A stretch of 64,000 bases of DNA from Patellaria atrata CBS 101060 (taxonomy: Eukaryota): contig MU006109.1 in the NCBI GenBank assembly GCA_010093705.1, forward strand, positions 62,001-126,000, given 5' to 3'. Numbering within the stretch: the stretch's first letter is position 1; each line of letters begins with the position of its first letter. This document shows positions 46,929 to 61,444 of this stretch, piece after piece. A program made the translations under genes and the position numbers. The notes below the pieces were generated by a model. It made no database searches. It saw nothing but the letters and a program-made list of their open reading frames with translations, and was not told the origin of the DNA.

Positions 46929-47315
46929 CCTCGACGGCTGATACAACCTCTATCGCCTCTAAATCAAAAATGAATAATCACAGTATGGATTTCTTTCCCT
47001 TTTTCAAACTAAGGTATTCAAGGAGATTTATGAATGATGTTGCTGGCTCTCTGCATGTCGTCCGAAATAGGGCGATCTGGTATCCCTCTTCGCTTAACGG
47101 AAAATTGTCGGCCTCAACCTCAGCGCTCGCTGACTCGCGCAGTCCCAAAACGGCAAAACATAAACATTGGCATTGTGTCTCCGTGCACTGCGCTTACCTC
47201 ACCGGTCTCCGTGCCCTGTCGCTCGTTTCGAATGTACTATCATCAGCGACAACAGTATCACGAAACTATCTCTACCTGTGAAAAGCTTTTTGTTCAGTAC
47301 GCTTGGATACCCACC

Positions 47316-49199
47316 ATGTATCGGGGTCTGTCTCACGACAACCACCATTTCGAAAGCAGCGCTTCGGCACCATCGATGCGCGCGAGCGGATATATCGACC
47401 CAGCGACATCGATGGGAGATGCGCAGGATGAGGCGGGAAATATCAAGGTAGTGGTGAGGTGTAGGGCGTTCGTACAGCGAGGTTGGTAGCTACAATACCA
47501 ATATTAAGTTGTATATCTGCTGAGTGACTTTCGGATTGTAGAAAAAGACCGCAATGCAGATTGTCTGATACGTATGGACCCAGACACACAAATGACAACC
47601 CTATTTCCACCCGTCCCCGATTCTCGTCACAATGCTCGAGGCAAAATCTACGAAGAGAAGTCTTTCACATTTGACAAGTCGTTCTGGTCGCACGACACCC
47701 ACGACGAACACTATGCGACTCAGGAAGCTGTCTACCACTCGTTTGGTGAAGAATTCCTCGACCATAACTTCGACGGTTACCATACTTGTATTTTTGCCTA
47801 CGGTCAGACGGGAAGCGGGAAGTCATACACCATGATGGGCACACCAGACAATCCAGGACTCATCCCAAGGACCTGCGAAGCTCTCTTCTCCCGTATTGAG
47901 GACGAACCCTCGCCAAACACCACATACAACGTGCACGTATCTTACTTCGAAGTATACAACGAGCACGTTCGAGATCTCCTAGTCCCTCGAACCGACCCCC
48001 CATATTACCTCAAGATTCGCGAATCTACGACCGATGGTGTGTACGTGCAGGGTCTAACTGATCAGCCCGTTCGTAGTTACAAAGATGTTACTCGCTTAAT
48101 GCGCATGGGCGATGTAAACCGTACGACTGCGGCAACCAAGATGAACGACACTTCTTCTCGCTCACATGCAGTCTTCACAATCATGCTGAAGCAAATCCAG
48201 CATGACCTTCTCTCTGATGAAACCATCGAACGTTGCGCCCGCATGCGTCTCGTCGATCTCGCTGGCTCAGAACGTCCTAAATCGACTGAAGCTACGGGCG
48301 CTCGCCTGGCTGAAGGGGGCAAAATCAACAAATCCCTTTCCACTCTCGGTCGTGTCATTGCCGCGCTGGCCGACCCTGCACGACAAACTCCCGGCCGCAG
48401 CCGCAAGCCCAAAGAAGTCGTCCCATACCGAGACTCCGTGCTTACCTGGCTTTTGAAAGATAGCCTAGGCGGGAACTCCAAAACCGCAATGGTGGCCTGC
48501 ATCTCGCCAACCGACTACGACGAGACTCTCTCCACACTGCGGTACGCCGACCAAGCTAAACGCATCCGCACCCGCGCTACCGTCAACCAAGACGCCATCA
48601 CGACTGCCGAGCGCGACGCGCAGATCTCTGCAATGGCAGAACAGATACGCCTGCTGCAGACTTCTATGACAGCGGCGAGCGTGCGGCGGAGGGAAGAGGC
48701 GACCGAGCTCGAAGATTACCAGAAGCAGGTTGAGAAGATGCAGCGACTGATGGAAGAAACCAAAATGGTGTCCGAGAGTAAGATACGCGGTCTGACAGCC
48801 GAGGTGGAGGAACTGGCGCCGGAGTGCTTGCGACTCAGGGACGAGAACGAGGCGCTGAGACGGCATTTAGCGCTTGTGGTAGGCGAGTTGAGGAATCCGA
48901 TAAGATTGCCTGAGATGGCGAAGCCATTTGATCTGGAGAGCTTGGATCTGGATTCGGAGGCTGGGAGTTTGAGCGAGAAGGATGATGAGAGGAGCGGAGA
49001 GGACGAGATGGAAGGAAAAAAGAGCCCTCATCCGGCTATTGTGGACGAGGATGAGACTGAGGAGTCGGCGATCGATGTACAAGAGGAGGCGCGTCGCTTG
49101 CTTGACGAGCTAGGAACCTTGCGCATAAAGATGAAAGATGACTATGGGCGATTTAGCGCCGGGACAGAGGCCAAGACTCCACTAAGGGAAGGACGGTGA
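47316..49199 (+). CDS. Short fungal kinesin-3 (UncB/NcKin3-like)
   Basis: CACCATG start; NIKVVVRCR, intron at about 47482-47541; FDKSFWSH, P-loop GQTGSGKS, NDTSSRSH, DLAGSER, VPYRDSVLTWLLKDSLGGNSKT; short coiled-coil tail with no recognisable FHA or PH domain. Confidence 0.88.
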
Positions 49200-49461
49200 A
49201 CGGACTGAGCGACGGTGTGTAATGATGTGATGAGCAGGAGACCAACTCGTATTTGTAGGTATTGATACGCATGGCGCGGCGTTCTGGCTGTGCTTTCTTG
49301 GATATTATGGCAGCTCTGGCCATATCACAGATGGTGAGCAGATTATGTTATAATCGTCTTGTTGCCAAGATAATAATTGTGAATGGTCGGATATGAAACA
49401 CGTGAAATATCAGGTTATCGAGTATATTAATAATACTCCGGGAAAGGATAGCTACACTACC

Positions 49462-52217
49462 TTACCCTCTCCTACCCTTGGCCAACTCCCTGATCATAGC
49501 ATCAATTTCATGCACTGTCGTCCCAGTAGCCTTCTGCTTCAGCTCTGCCAGGGAATTCATATCCTTTGCCTTGAGCGCTTCCTCACCAGCTTTGACCAAC
49601 TGTCCACATTTAACCCACATTTCTATGCGGTCGGTGACAGGAAGATTCGAGCACTTGGGTATGAATACCGCCGCGGTACGCGGATTGCCAGCAGAAAGAC
49701 ATTCGTTGAAGAAAGGCTATGGGTAAGTTAGTATTGTTGCAAATAGTTCATAAGGAAAGACTTTGGGAGAAATATAAGTGAACAATACGTACCTCCCACC
49801 CAATAGGACTCTTACGATGTTTCGCAACCTCTTCCAACTCAGACCAATCCCTCTTCGCCACCAGCGCCCTGAGCCTCGTCCACCAGAACGTCCTATCAGA
49901 GACCTTAAACTCTGACTGCACCTTAAGCGCACGTTTATTATTGCCCGTTCTGATGAGTTTGAAGATCATCTCGTTAACCGAGAGTCCCGAGAATCCGGTT
50001 CCAAGATCCTTTTCAAACCCATCTTGCATCTTGATAAGGCGCTGGCTCTCATCCATCGCTTTCAAGACGTTCACATTCTCCTTGGAATCGGCGAGCAGTT
50101 TGTAGGCAGATTTGAGCTTGTCAATGCGGGTCAGAGGGTCTTCTTGGTCTAGAGCTTCTGCTACGAGAAGGTTTGCACCGTCTAGCCTTCGGTCATCTTG
50201 GTAGTACAAATCTTTAAGTAAGCCCCTATCTTGGGACATAGCCGAAGACTCCACTAAAGCAGTGGCTACCGGACGTGTGTTGATAGTACGAAAGAAGCTG
50301 GCCAGTGGAAGTTTCTTCCTAAGCTCGAGAAGAACATAGTAGACCAGGTCAGTATCCCCACTTTCAATAGCCTTATCAAGCGCGATTGTGTCTTCTTTCA
50401 TATCCAGAAGTAAAGGAACCTGCTTTCCAGCCCGAGGTTCGTAATTCAGTAATTCGGTGGCCAGTGTAGCTCTCCCTTCATCGTAGGCAGCTTTAGCAAT
50501 CTGCTCGAAGGAGACACCGCGTTTACCGTCGAGCCGTTTCACGATAAGTCTGCATATGCTTTCTTCATCCTCTGTTGAGACACGGACCTTTTGACTCGCC
50601 CAGTGCACATAAACTCTATCAGTAGGAAGGCGGAGATAATCCGATACACGTAGTGCCAGTAGGTACTCATGTCTATTGATCAGTCTTTCGATCAGTCTTT
50701 CCGGTGTGAGACGGATATATTGTTCGTATGATAAAGGTAAGCCAATCTCATTGAAGCGTACAGCGTTGAGAACACGAAGAGTCTCGGTCATATCGACGAA
50801 ATCATCGCTATTATAGAGATCCAACACCGATTTACCGAAGGATGCCGCCTTCAGGAGCTGTTTCTGGACCGCGATATTGAATTCGTGTCCAGCAGCTTTG
50901 ACACATGCATCAACAGCTTCATCCAGGGTTGAGCGGATCATCTGTATATTCTCATCTGCTTTAGGTGATTTCTGCTCGAGCTGTTCTATGGCGTCGACTA
51001 GGACAGCTGCTGGTGACGTGGAGCCAAACTTGAACGTATTTTCGGTCACATCTAATATATTTAAAATAGTCCACGACATCTCGTGCAGCAGTCACTTACC
51101 TGGAACTCTCTGTAGAAACTCACACAGATTATTAGTGAGTAGGCGAATGCCATCGATATCAGCCAATAGATGAACAGCACCGTTGTAGAAGTATTGATTG
51201 GCGGCACCATTTGGGCCTACGAGGTGTACTTCATCTTCCCACGCCAGCGCAACAGCATCATTTCCGCACCATTCCATATGGTTTGGTACTGTCTTCGCGC
51301 GAGAGTTATATTCACTGAGGCGATCCTGAAAATCACTACTGACCACCCACACCTTGCCGTCATCTGTGTATAGAGCCACATATTTCCCGTTGGGAGACAC
51401 ACCGATGTGCCTGAATGGACCCTGCTGTAAACCTTGATCTAGCGAGTCCGATGCATCTACGACGTGTATTGTTTGTCCAATTGCTAACAAAACTTCTACT
51501 GAACGTGAGAGTGTGTATGCCGGTGGAATTAGATTCCATGAGGAGACTGGTCCTTCGGGGGGTATAGCGAGAAGCTTTGGACGAGGTTCGTCGTATTTCG
51601 TAACAGATATCAGGTTATTGTTTCCCAGGAGAGCAACGAAACCAGTAGACCAGAATCGGCATGATTGGACTCCATGTTCTTGAGCACCCTGAACAACTAT
51701 TAGAAAAGGTGGATGATTGCGGTAGAGAGGATAGCATACATGACCCAATGTAAAAGGTGTGAAGTCGCCTTGCAGATCGTAGTAGCAGCGGACCGTACCG
51801 TCTGCAGTCACGACAAGTAGCTTCTCGTCTTCTGACCACCCTAGTGCTTTTATCTTCCCTCTATCCCACTATATAGTTGTCAGATTCCGAGCCATAATAT
51901 AAACATTTGCGAGACAGTACATCTATTCTCCTTATAAGCTTCCCCGCGCAGCTGTAGATGTCTATACTGGATTTGGCAGCCTGAGTACCGCGATAAACAT
52001 GTATCTTGTCCTCATCGCGATATATTGCTAGATACTCATTAGTACTTCAAGCTAGAACTCGTAGGCAGGATTGCATACCTACAGCACCACTGTATGGAGC
52101 TCCCTCAACGATGTAGTTCTCCAGCTCCAGATCTTGGTCGAAGACATCTTGATAGATCTTTACCTTGCGGTAGAAGCGACCACCGACCTTCTCCCAATCT
52201 GCAGTGGGCTTAGACAT
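49462..52217 (-). CDS. VPS16: Vacuolar protein sorting 16 (HOPS/CORVET subunit)
   Basis: MSKPTADWEKVG...FYRK...GAPYSGA; about 5 introns; WCGND, LLKAASFGK, LRVLNAVR, AIESGDTDL, KSPIGWE|PFF; stop TAA 49462-49464. Confidence 0.93.
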
Positions 52218-53389
52218 TACGGGTGAAAGGCAAGGCTTGAGGCATTAGTCATTATATCGTATTGGTATGCATTATCATCATCAGGGTTTGGAGTTCCGTG
52301 TTGAGTACCTGAACCTTAATAAGGTACTGTAGCCCTACGGGATAGACGGAATGGACGGGATGGAGGCCAAAATAAGCTTATGGCCCAAGCGTCAAGCTTT
52401 GTTTCAAATGAACGGTGTCTACACTTGTAACACCTTGATCCGACAACACGATAATAAATGATATAGCAACTGAAAAGTACACACCGCCTGCACAGCTTAT
52501 ATGTAGTCACCCGTCACCCGTCACACATATCCGGCTTACCTGAACCACAAAGAGATAGCCAAATTCCCGCAGATATGTAATGTTCGGATCATACCTGACG
52601 AGCCGGCTTTACGTACAACCCAAGCGGCCTTGTCCAGTGGTTATATAGTACATGATTGACGTTGATCGTCGCCCCAAGATGTGGACTGAGCCGCCAGGGG
52701 AAGACGGGATTACAGCCTTATCGCCGCCATTTCAATCTGACCATGTTGATGAAAAATGTCCTGGACCGGAGTTAAGATTATGACATGACAGGCGGGCAAT
52801 CACTGACCGGTACGTATGAGGAGATAATAAATGTACTCTTTACTGAACAGTCTGTACTGTATTTAAAGAAGAACAAACCAAGAAAGAGAACTGATGAGTA
52901 TGACGCTAAATTCCGAAAACGCGCCTAGCGTTACTGCAAGTTTGGCACAGTTCAAACAAATAAAAAAGCACTTATGATGCCCCTTGCTTGCGTCTAGTTT
53001 TCGATGATATCAGCCTTGATCTCCAGTTGCTTAGAACTTTGAAATTTTACATTATTCAGCCGATATTGTGTGCTGTTATCCTTGCCCTTACGTTTACTCT
53101 TTAAAGACCACAGTCTTCTATAATCCCCGACCGTAATTATATTTCCTTTCCATTCTTCCTCGACGGAATATCCAAAAGTTCGTTCTTTTTTTTTTATCTA
53201 AATACCTCGCCACAATTCCACCAGTTCCCTTTCACATCTTTTGTTTTGTGTGTGATCATCTCTTAGTACATCTATAGAAGGAATCAAAACAATAGATCAC
53301 TTTCTTCTTCAATTCCCTCATAGCGTTGTTCATCACATTCATCTATCGACTTACGGAGTACACCTTATCTCCGTCAAAACTCCGTCAGG

Positions 53390-56300
53390 ATGTGGGGCTC
53401 TTCCGTGCCTGACGATGAGCCGCCGAAAGATTCAAAAGAGGGGAAAAGTGCTGAAGGCGTCACTGACCTTGAATCCTCCGATAGCAACGAAAACATGGCA
53501 GGCACGTGGGGTGAAAAGGACGCCGGAATTGGCTCTACCCAAGAGGCAATGGAAGAATTCGATGCTCTAAGGAAAGAGCTCACAAACTTATCCAGGGCTC
53601 ATTCCAATTCATCACGGCCCCGAAGTCGCCGTGAGGAATCCATTTTTCGCACATTTACGGGTAGGAGTGCGCGCCGTATGGATACGAAGAAGTCCACGAA
53701 GACCCAATCTTCCATTCCTGACGGGTCAATCAGTGATAGTGAAGCTGAAGCATTCAATGAGAAAGAAGATGGATTCCAGCTCGAGCAATTCATGCGCGAA
53801 GGACACTTCGAAAAACGCATCGAAAGCCGGTCCGCAAAGAAATTGGGAGTAATTTTCAAGAACTTGACGGTGAGAGGTACCGGTTCCACCGCAACCTTCG
53901 TTCGAACGCTCCCAGATGCAATTCTGGGGACATTCGGTCCTGATCTATATCGTATCGTCACCGGATTCTTCCCAACCCTAAGATTCAAACAACATGTGGA
54001 TACTCGTACCCTAATAGACGATTTCACTGGAGTGGTACGCGATGGTGAAATGATGCTTGTACTTGGGCGCCCGGGTTCCGGCTGCTCTACCTTTCTTAAA
54101 GCGATTGGTAATAAACGGGAAGGATATGCCGAAGTCACCGGTGAGGTCTCTTACGGCGGCATCCCGGCTTCAAAGCATAAATCGTCCTACCGAGGGGAAA
54201 CTATCTACTACCCAGAAGATGATAAGCATTTCGCTCCTTTGAATGTTTGGCAGACGCTAAGATTTGCGTTAATGATGAAAACTCGGAAGCGAGAAAAGGA
54301 GCAAATACCTGTCATTATTAATGCTCTCCTTAAGATATTCGGCATCTCCCACACAAAATATACCCCAGTAGGTGATGAATTCGTCAGAGGTATCTCTGGT
54401 GGTGAACGAAAGCGTGTGTCTATCGCTGAAGGGCTTGCCGGTAAAAGGTATGTAAAAAGAACTGCTATCTTCCAATAATTGACTAACATCTCTCAGTACT
54501 CTTGGCCTCTTTGACAATAGTACAAGAGGTCTCGATAGCAGTACCGCGTTAGATTACGCGAAGTCACTTCGCATAATGACAGATATCAGTAATCGTACCA
54601 CTTTAGTTACACTTTACCAAGTGAGTTGCCCGTACAACGTTTGGATCTTAGCTTGATTCTAACTATCTTCCAATAGGCCGGCGAGGATATATACTCACTA
54701 ATGGACAAAGTACTGGTCATTGACGCTGGCAAATGCATCTACCAAGGACCGGCCAGTAAGGCGAAGCAATATTTCATCGAGCTTGGTTTCGAATGTCCAG
54801 AGCGGCAGACAACACCAGATTTCCTCACTTCGATTGCCGATCCTGCCGCGAGACATTTCCGCAAGGGCTTTGAAGCAAGAGCCCCAAAGTCACCTGAGGA
54901 GTTGGCACAAGCTTTCAGAACCTCCTCGGTCTATCGTGAAGTCCTTCAAGATGTGACGGACTATGAAAAAGAGCTTCACGATACTGACTTCCTTGATGCG
55001 AAGAGATTCAAGGATACAACGCGGGAACAAAAGAGTAAAACTGTCCCGAAGAGCTCCAGTTACACTATCAGCTTTTTCCGACAAGTCATGGCTTGTATAA
55101 GCCGGGAATACTGGCTACTTTTTGGCGATCGCACCACGCTTTATACAAAAGCATTCATTATCGTCAGCATGGGGCTTATCGTAGGTAGTCTATTCCACGG
55201 TGAATCGCTCAATACTTCTGGTGCTTTCCCGCGCGGAGGCGCTCTCTTCTTTTCGATATTGTTCCTCGGCTGGCTGCAGCTTTCCGAACTTATGAAGGCA
55301 GTTGGCGGTCGTATTGTAATCGCTAGGCACAAAGACTATGCATTCTATCGTCCGTCAGCTGTTGTTATTGCTCGGTGTCTTCTAGATCTACCAGTCGTCT
55401 TCGTTCAAGTCGCTATCTTTGCTTTGATCATGTATTTCACGACCGATCTTGATGTTGATGTTTCAAAGTTCTTCATCTACTTACTGTTCATCTTTACAAC
55501 TACCATCAACCTCACGTCGTTGTATCGAATGTTTGCGAGTCTTTCTCCAACTATCAATGATGCAGTTCGCTTTTCTGGTCTCGCGCTCAATCTGCTACTA
55601 ATATTCACTGGCTACGTGATTCCAAAGCCGCAACTTCTGGATCAGTATATCTGGGTAAGTACACCATGTTGCTAACAAGAGGACCAATTGCTGATGTTTT
55701 CAAGTTTGGGTGGTTGTACTGGGTGAACCCAGTTGGATACTCGTTTGAAGCTGTCCTTGCAAACGAATTCAGCGATCGCATTATGGGATGCTCCCCGCAG
55801 CAACTCGTACCCCAGGGCCCCGACATAGATCCTAGATATCAGGGATGCGCTATCACTGGTGCGTCATTGAACTTGAAGAGCGTTGCCGGTGCCGACTATT
55901 TGAAAACTACGTACAATTACAGCCGCAGTCATCTTTGGAGAAACTTCGGTGTACTTATTGCATATTCGGTTCTCTACATACTGATTACTATTGCTGCGGC
56001 TGAAGTTCTCGATTTTGCAGGTTCTGGCCCTGGAGCCCTTGTTTTCAAAAGATCGAGAAAGTCTAAGGCCGCTGTAAAACAAGCTTCCAATGACGAGGAG
56101 AGAAACATGGGAGAAGTTGCAAATATTCGCAAGGACCGGGAGGTAACGCGCTCAAATACGGGGATTAATGCCGATGACCTCCCGAAGCTTAGTAGCGACG
56201 ACTCGATATTCACGTGGAAAGATGTTGAATATAGTGTGCCTTATTTGGGCTCAGAGCGGAAACTACTCAACAAAGTTAGTGGTTATGTGAAACCAGGCGT

Positions 56301-58286
56301 TATGATTGCCCTGATGGGTGCCAGTGGAGCCGGTAAGACCACATTACTGAACACGTTGTCCCAACGACAAAGAATTGGGGTGGTATCCGGTTCAATGTTG
56401 GTGGATGGACAGGAACTAAAGCAAGATTTTCGACGTCGAACAGGGTAAGGACAGCCTCGAATGCACCAGTTTTGTTCGTACTGATCACTCTTTTAGATTT
56501 TGTGAGCAACAAGATGTAAGTGACCTAACGGCAACGGTCAGGGAGGCATTGGAATTCTCGGCGACCCTTAGACAGGACCGCACGATTCCCTACCGAGAGA
56601 AAATGGACTACGTTGAAAAGATAATCGACCTCTTGGAACTTCGCGATAGACAGGATGCTATTTTGAGTAGTCTTGATATTGAGCAGAGAAAGCGAGTCAC
56701 GATCGGTGTCGAGCTAGCGGCAAAACCCAGCCTTCTTCTCTTCTTAGATGTAAGCTTACTCCTAATTTCAGCCACCTTGAAGAACCAACTGACTTTCTCA
56801 AAAGGAGCCAACCTCTGGGTTAGACTCTAACAGTGCTTACTTAATTATCAAGTTCCTCCAAAAGCTCAGTCGAGCCGGCCAAGCTATCATTTGTACTATC
56901 CATCAACCTAGCTCTCTTCTTGTTCAACAGTTCGACATGATTCTCGCATTGAACCCTGGTGGCAACACATTTTACTTCGGCCCCGTTGGAAAGAATGGCG
57001 AGGATGTTATTAAGTACTTCGCCGACCGAGGCGTCCAATGTCCTCCCGACAAGAACATTGCAGAATTTATTCTCGAGACCGCGGCGAAAGGCGCAAAGGG
57101 TAAAGATGGAAGGAAGATTAAATGGAATGAAGAATGGAGAACTTCCGAGAATCACAAAGAAGTACTTGCAGAAATTGACCGTATTAACTCCACTCGCGAT
57201 AAAGCTGTACAAGGCAATACCCAACGACCCGAATACGAGTTCGCTGCACCAGTCTGGCTCCAAACCACCACGCTCACCCGCCGTATCTTCATCCAGTACT
57301 GGCGCGATTCGGCATACCTTTATGGGAAATTCTTCACCGCTGTAGTTATTGCCATCTTCAACGGCTTCACCTTCTACATGCTTGGTAACTCTATCTTAGA
57401 TATGCAGAACCGTATGTTTACCTCCTTCCTGATCCTGCTCATTCCTCCTACCGTCGTCAACGCTGTCGTCCCGAAGTTCTTTCAAAATATGGCAATCTGG
57501 CAGGCGCGTGAATTCCCATCGCGGATCTACGGATGGTTCGCTTTCGTCACGGCGCAGGTTGTTGCAGAGATACCCTGGGCCGTCATCACGGCGGTACTGT
57601 ACTTTCTCCTTTGGTACTATCCCACCGGCTTGCCAACCGATTCATCATCCGCAGGGTACGTCTTCCTAATGGTACTTCTCTTCTTTCTCTTCCAAACCAG
57701 CTGGGGTCAGTGGATTTGCGCCTTCGCGCCCTCCTTCACCGTTATCGCCAACGTTCTTCCCTTCTTCTTCGTCATGGTATCTCTCTTCAACGGCGTCATT
57801 AGACCCTGGGACCAGCTCCCGGCGATTTGGAGGTACTTCATGTACTATGCCAACCCCTCGACCTATTGGATCGGCGGTGTACTCGCTGCTACGCTTCCCG
57901 GTACTGCTGTCCAATGTACACCTGCAGAGACAGCAAATTTCAATCCACCTCCAAACATGACCTGCCAGGATTACGCGGGAAGTTTCGCGGTATCGGCAGG
58001 AGGATATTTCCTCAACCCGGACGCGAGAGCTGAATGCCAGTACTGCCCGTTTTCGGATGGAAGAGGTTACCTCCAGACCCTTAATATCAATGAAGACGAT
58101 AAGTGGAGGAACTTTGGAATCTTCCTTGCCTTCGTGATCAGTAATTGGGCGCTCGTGTATTTCTTCATCTGGACGGTGAGAATCAAGGGATGGTCGTTCG
58201 GGTTAGGATACGTGTTTGGAGCTTTGGGAAAGTTAGTGGATGATGTCAAAGGTATTTTCAAGAGGCAAAGTAAGGCAGAGGAGTAG
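53390..58286 (+). CDS. Full-size ABCG / PDR-type ABC transporter
   Basis: NBD1 with [24 protein letters not shown] and [11 protein letters not shown]1; NBD2 with [33 protein letters not shown] and CTIHQP; TMD2 with CQYC and WRNFGIF; about 5 introns. Confidence 0.95.
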
Positions 58287-59957
58287 ATAAGGTGAAGACA
58301 AGAGCCAAGGGGGCTCTTCATTTAAATGTGTTAATAGATAGATAGATTAATTGAAGTATTCCACGAAGCTACACCTACTTTTTTTCTTCCATATCCCATG
58401 ATGTTCCGGCCTTCGACTGTAGGTCAACCATATCCGGCCGCTAAGCCCTACCGGCGTCTCGTTTCCCCGGCAACCGATCTAAAACAACCATCTAATTGGT
58501 CAATTCTAACGTCAAGATTCTGCAGACGTTCGACGAAATATATTATTTCCTAATCAGGTATGGCGGTCCCTCAAGTTCTTATTGCAATATCTAACAAGAT
58601 ATCTGAGCGATATCTAAGCACTACCGGCACGACACAACCCGCCCACGAGGCGGATTTGATGATTATAGTACGGTTTGGATGCTGGAGAGACCTCACTGGG
58701 ATATAGTCAAGCATGACAGAAGTGATAGATGTAGTGCACCTTCCGCAATGTGCCTCTGTTTACTGAATGGCATCCCAGAAACGTTCAGTCAGTTGAAACC
58801 TGTATTTTTGCGTACCACTTTCCCTTTGCCCCTTCGATGATTGTCTCACGTGATGTAGACTTGGTGGATCAGGCAGGTGTTTCCATTTTCCATCAGTCTA
58901 GGCAATGGGGCATGAGTCTACACGGTTTCGTTGCTTATAAGTCCCTGTCCTTCTATGCTATCAAGCTATCCATATCCTCCATTGTAGGCCATTGTACGTC
59001 TCCCAATAACGGTAGAAGGCTAGCCCATTTTCCAAATCGCCATATTATTCCACTGCCTTATCATGTATGTAGTCGAATTTCTCTCTGATAGATCCAGTCT
59101 GATACACAATAGTGCCGATGGTAACTATCCCACTGCCGACAACAGCAACTACCGACCCGACGCACGCGACGATGATTGCGTCATGTACGTCTATGAAAAA
59201 CAGTTAATGGGCAAGTAATATATACGTATAATCATCTAATATGTAGATATTGCGTTGGATTGAAAGTAGGTAATGTAGGTATCAGTCTTGGGTTGATTGT
59301 AGGCAATGTGGGAATACATACGCTGGGGGAGGGGAACATAGTCTTCCTTGATTGCTACTGAGTCTGGCGTAGGTCTGATGAGGCTTGGTGGTAAGGTATA
59401 ACCGCTTCTGAATCTTGAATAGCAGGTGTGATGGTATCCAGCTAAGAATGTAACGTATCAAGCGAGTCAAATGAGGCGTATAGAAGGAATTTTCCTACCA
59501 TAATGCTGTAGGGTAGGAGGGACGAGGTTGGAAGTATTTCTGGCGTTTGCCCTTATAATGAGTCGGGTGGCTCTTCCTTTCACTATTTACATTATCCATA
59601 AATTCTTCTACTCTCAGTTTTGATGGTGGCTTATTTTGCATCAATATTACTGTTTCTGCCGGCGCGGTTGAGGTAGAGTTGACGGCAGGTAGAGGTGCGT
59701 CTTAGTCAGCAGCATTTTGTCAATCATTTCCGCAAGCTCAAGTTAGAGATTTTTCATTAGGTATTCAAAATATTCGACGAGAACAATCAATTCCTTGTTA
59801 AGAGACAAAATATTCTCCAATTATTCTGAAACTATCGATATCTCCCTATTCCAAGCGTCTCTCATCCGCAAAACCCCGCTATCTCCCAAAGCATGCATAA
59901 GAATTTACCTACCTTAGCTCCACTAGACCTTTAACTACCTCAACCTTCGACACTCAC

Positions 59958-61232
59958 ATGCGCGGCCAAACAACCCGAATCCTCAACCTCATGGCCTCCG
60001 ACACCAAAATCTACGAAGGCGTCTTCGCAATCAACAAGCCCACCTCCATCTCCTCCGCTCAAGTTCTACGCGACCTCCAAAGGCACTTCAACCCCTCTTC
60101 TCTCTTCGCGCCCTGGCTCGAGCACGCCCGCGCAAAGCGCACCCAGGAATCGCGGTTTCAGAGACAACGGCGGCGGGAGAAAGGGCGTATACAGGTCAAA
60201 TTGGGCCATGGCGGGACCCTGGACCCGCTCGCAACGGGTGTGCTGATTACAGGCGTGGGATCGGGGACAAAGGCTCTCAGTCGGTTTTTGGAATGCACGA
60301 AGAGCTATGAGGCTGTGGTGTTATTTGGCGCGGCGACGGATACATATGATACCGAGGGGAAGGTTGTTGCGAGGGCGCCGTATTCTCACGTCACGCGAGA
60401 AGCGGTGGAGGCGGCATTGCAAAAGTTTAGAGGGAAGGGGATGCAAAGACCACCAGTGTTCAGCGCACTGAGAGTGGGCGGGAAGAGATTGTACGAGTAT
60501 GCCCGAGAGGGAGGGGCGATTCCGGAGATCAAGGAGAGGGAGGTCGATGTGCTGGAGCTGGAATTGGTGGAGTGGATGGAGCCCGGGACCCACGGATACA
60601 AGTGGCCTGAACGCGAAGCGGAGAAGGTGGAAAAGGAGGCTGCGAGTAAACTCATGAATATGGAAGAGGTGGAGGGCATCAGTCTGAAGACTCCACCACC
60701 CGATGAGCAACCAAATACGGTTGTATCAGACTCGCCGGATCTCAAACGGAAGAGGGAGGAGGGTTCAGTCGACGAGACCACAGATGATGCGGCGAAGAAA
60801 CTCAAGTCTGACACCGACACTAATACCGAGCGAACCTCTACAGCGCCGCAACCACAACTCGCAGATTCCATCCCATACCAACTCCCAGAATTGGCATCTG
60901 TATCCACGCCAGCTCCCCAGCCGCAAATCCAACCCCAGCCACCCGCCGCTCGCCTCCGCATGACCGTGACCTCTGGATTCTACGTGCGCAGCTTGTGCCA
61001 CGATCTCGGGCCCGCCGTGAAATCTCTTGGCATAATGGCTGCTCTAGTCCGGACGCGGCAAGGAGACTTCGAGCTAAGGAAGAACGTGCTAGAGTATGAT
61101 GATCTAGCTAAAGGCGAGGAGGTATGGGGAGAGAAAGTTAAGGGGATGCTTGAGGAATGGGACGAGAAGGAAAACGGGGGCGATAGAAGAAGTAGAAGTA
61201 GGTCGAGGGAAAGAGAGGCGGATATAGAGTAA
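59958..61232 (+). CDS. PUS4: tRNA pseudouridine-55 synthase (TruB family)
   Basis: FAINKP, catalytic GHGGTLDPLATG, QRPPVFSALRVGGKRLYEYAR, VTSGFYVRSLCHDLG, LVRTRQG. Confidence 0.94.
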   Translation: MRGQTTRILNLMASDTKIYEGVFAINKPTSISSAQVLRDLQRHFNPSSLFAPWLEHARAKRTQESRFQRQRRREKGRIQVKLGHGGTLDPLATGVLITGVGSGTKALSRFLECTKSYEAVVLFGAATDTYDTEGKVVARAPYSHVTREAVEAALQKFRGKGMQRPPVFSALRVGGKRLYEYAREGGAIPEIKEREVDVLELELVEWMEPGTHGYKWPEREAEKVEKEAASKLMNMEEVEGISLKTPPPDEQPNTVVSDSPDLKRKREEGSVDETTDDAAKKLKSDTDTNTERTSTAPQPQLADSIPYQLPELASVSTPAPQPQIQPQPPAARLRMTVTSGFYVRSLCHDLGPAVKSLGIMAALVRTRQGDFELRKNVLEYDDLAKGEEVWGEKVKGMLEEWDEKENGGDRRSRSRSREREADIE

Positions 61233-61444
61233 TACGGTAGCTATTGAGAGAGAGAGAAATGTTTAGCCTCGAGGCTTTGTATCATAGTTCTTCTATTTCC
61301 CATGTATATAAACTTGGATACCGGTTTGGCGTAGGAGCAAAAAGCTCGCACCACTAATGCTGTGTCATCTTGAGTGGTCTCGTTCATTTCAAATCATCAT
61401 AGGATACGTCAATCATCAATATCACCCAATTGTAAAAGTCACAA

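Noticed and set aside
52745..52806. Box C/D snoRNA-like pair (TGATGA...CTGA)
   Set aside because: No terminal stem or recognisable rRNA guide; such short boxes occur by chance.
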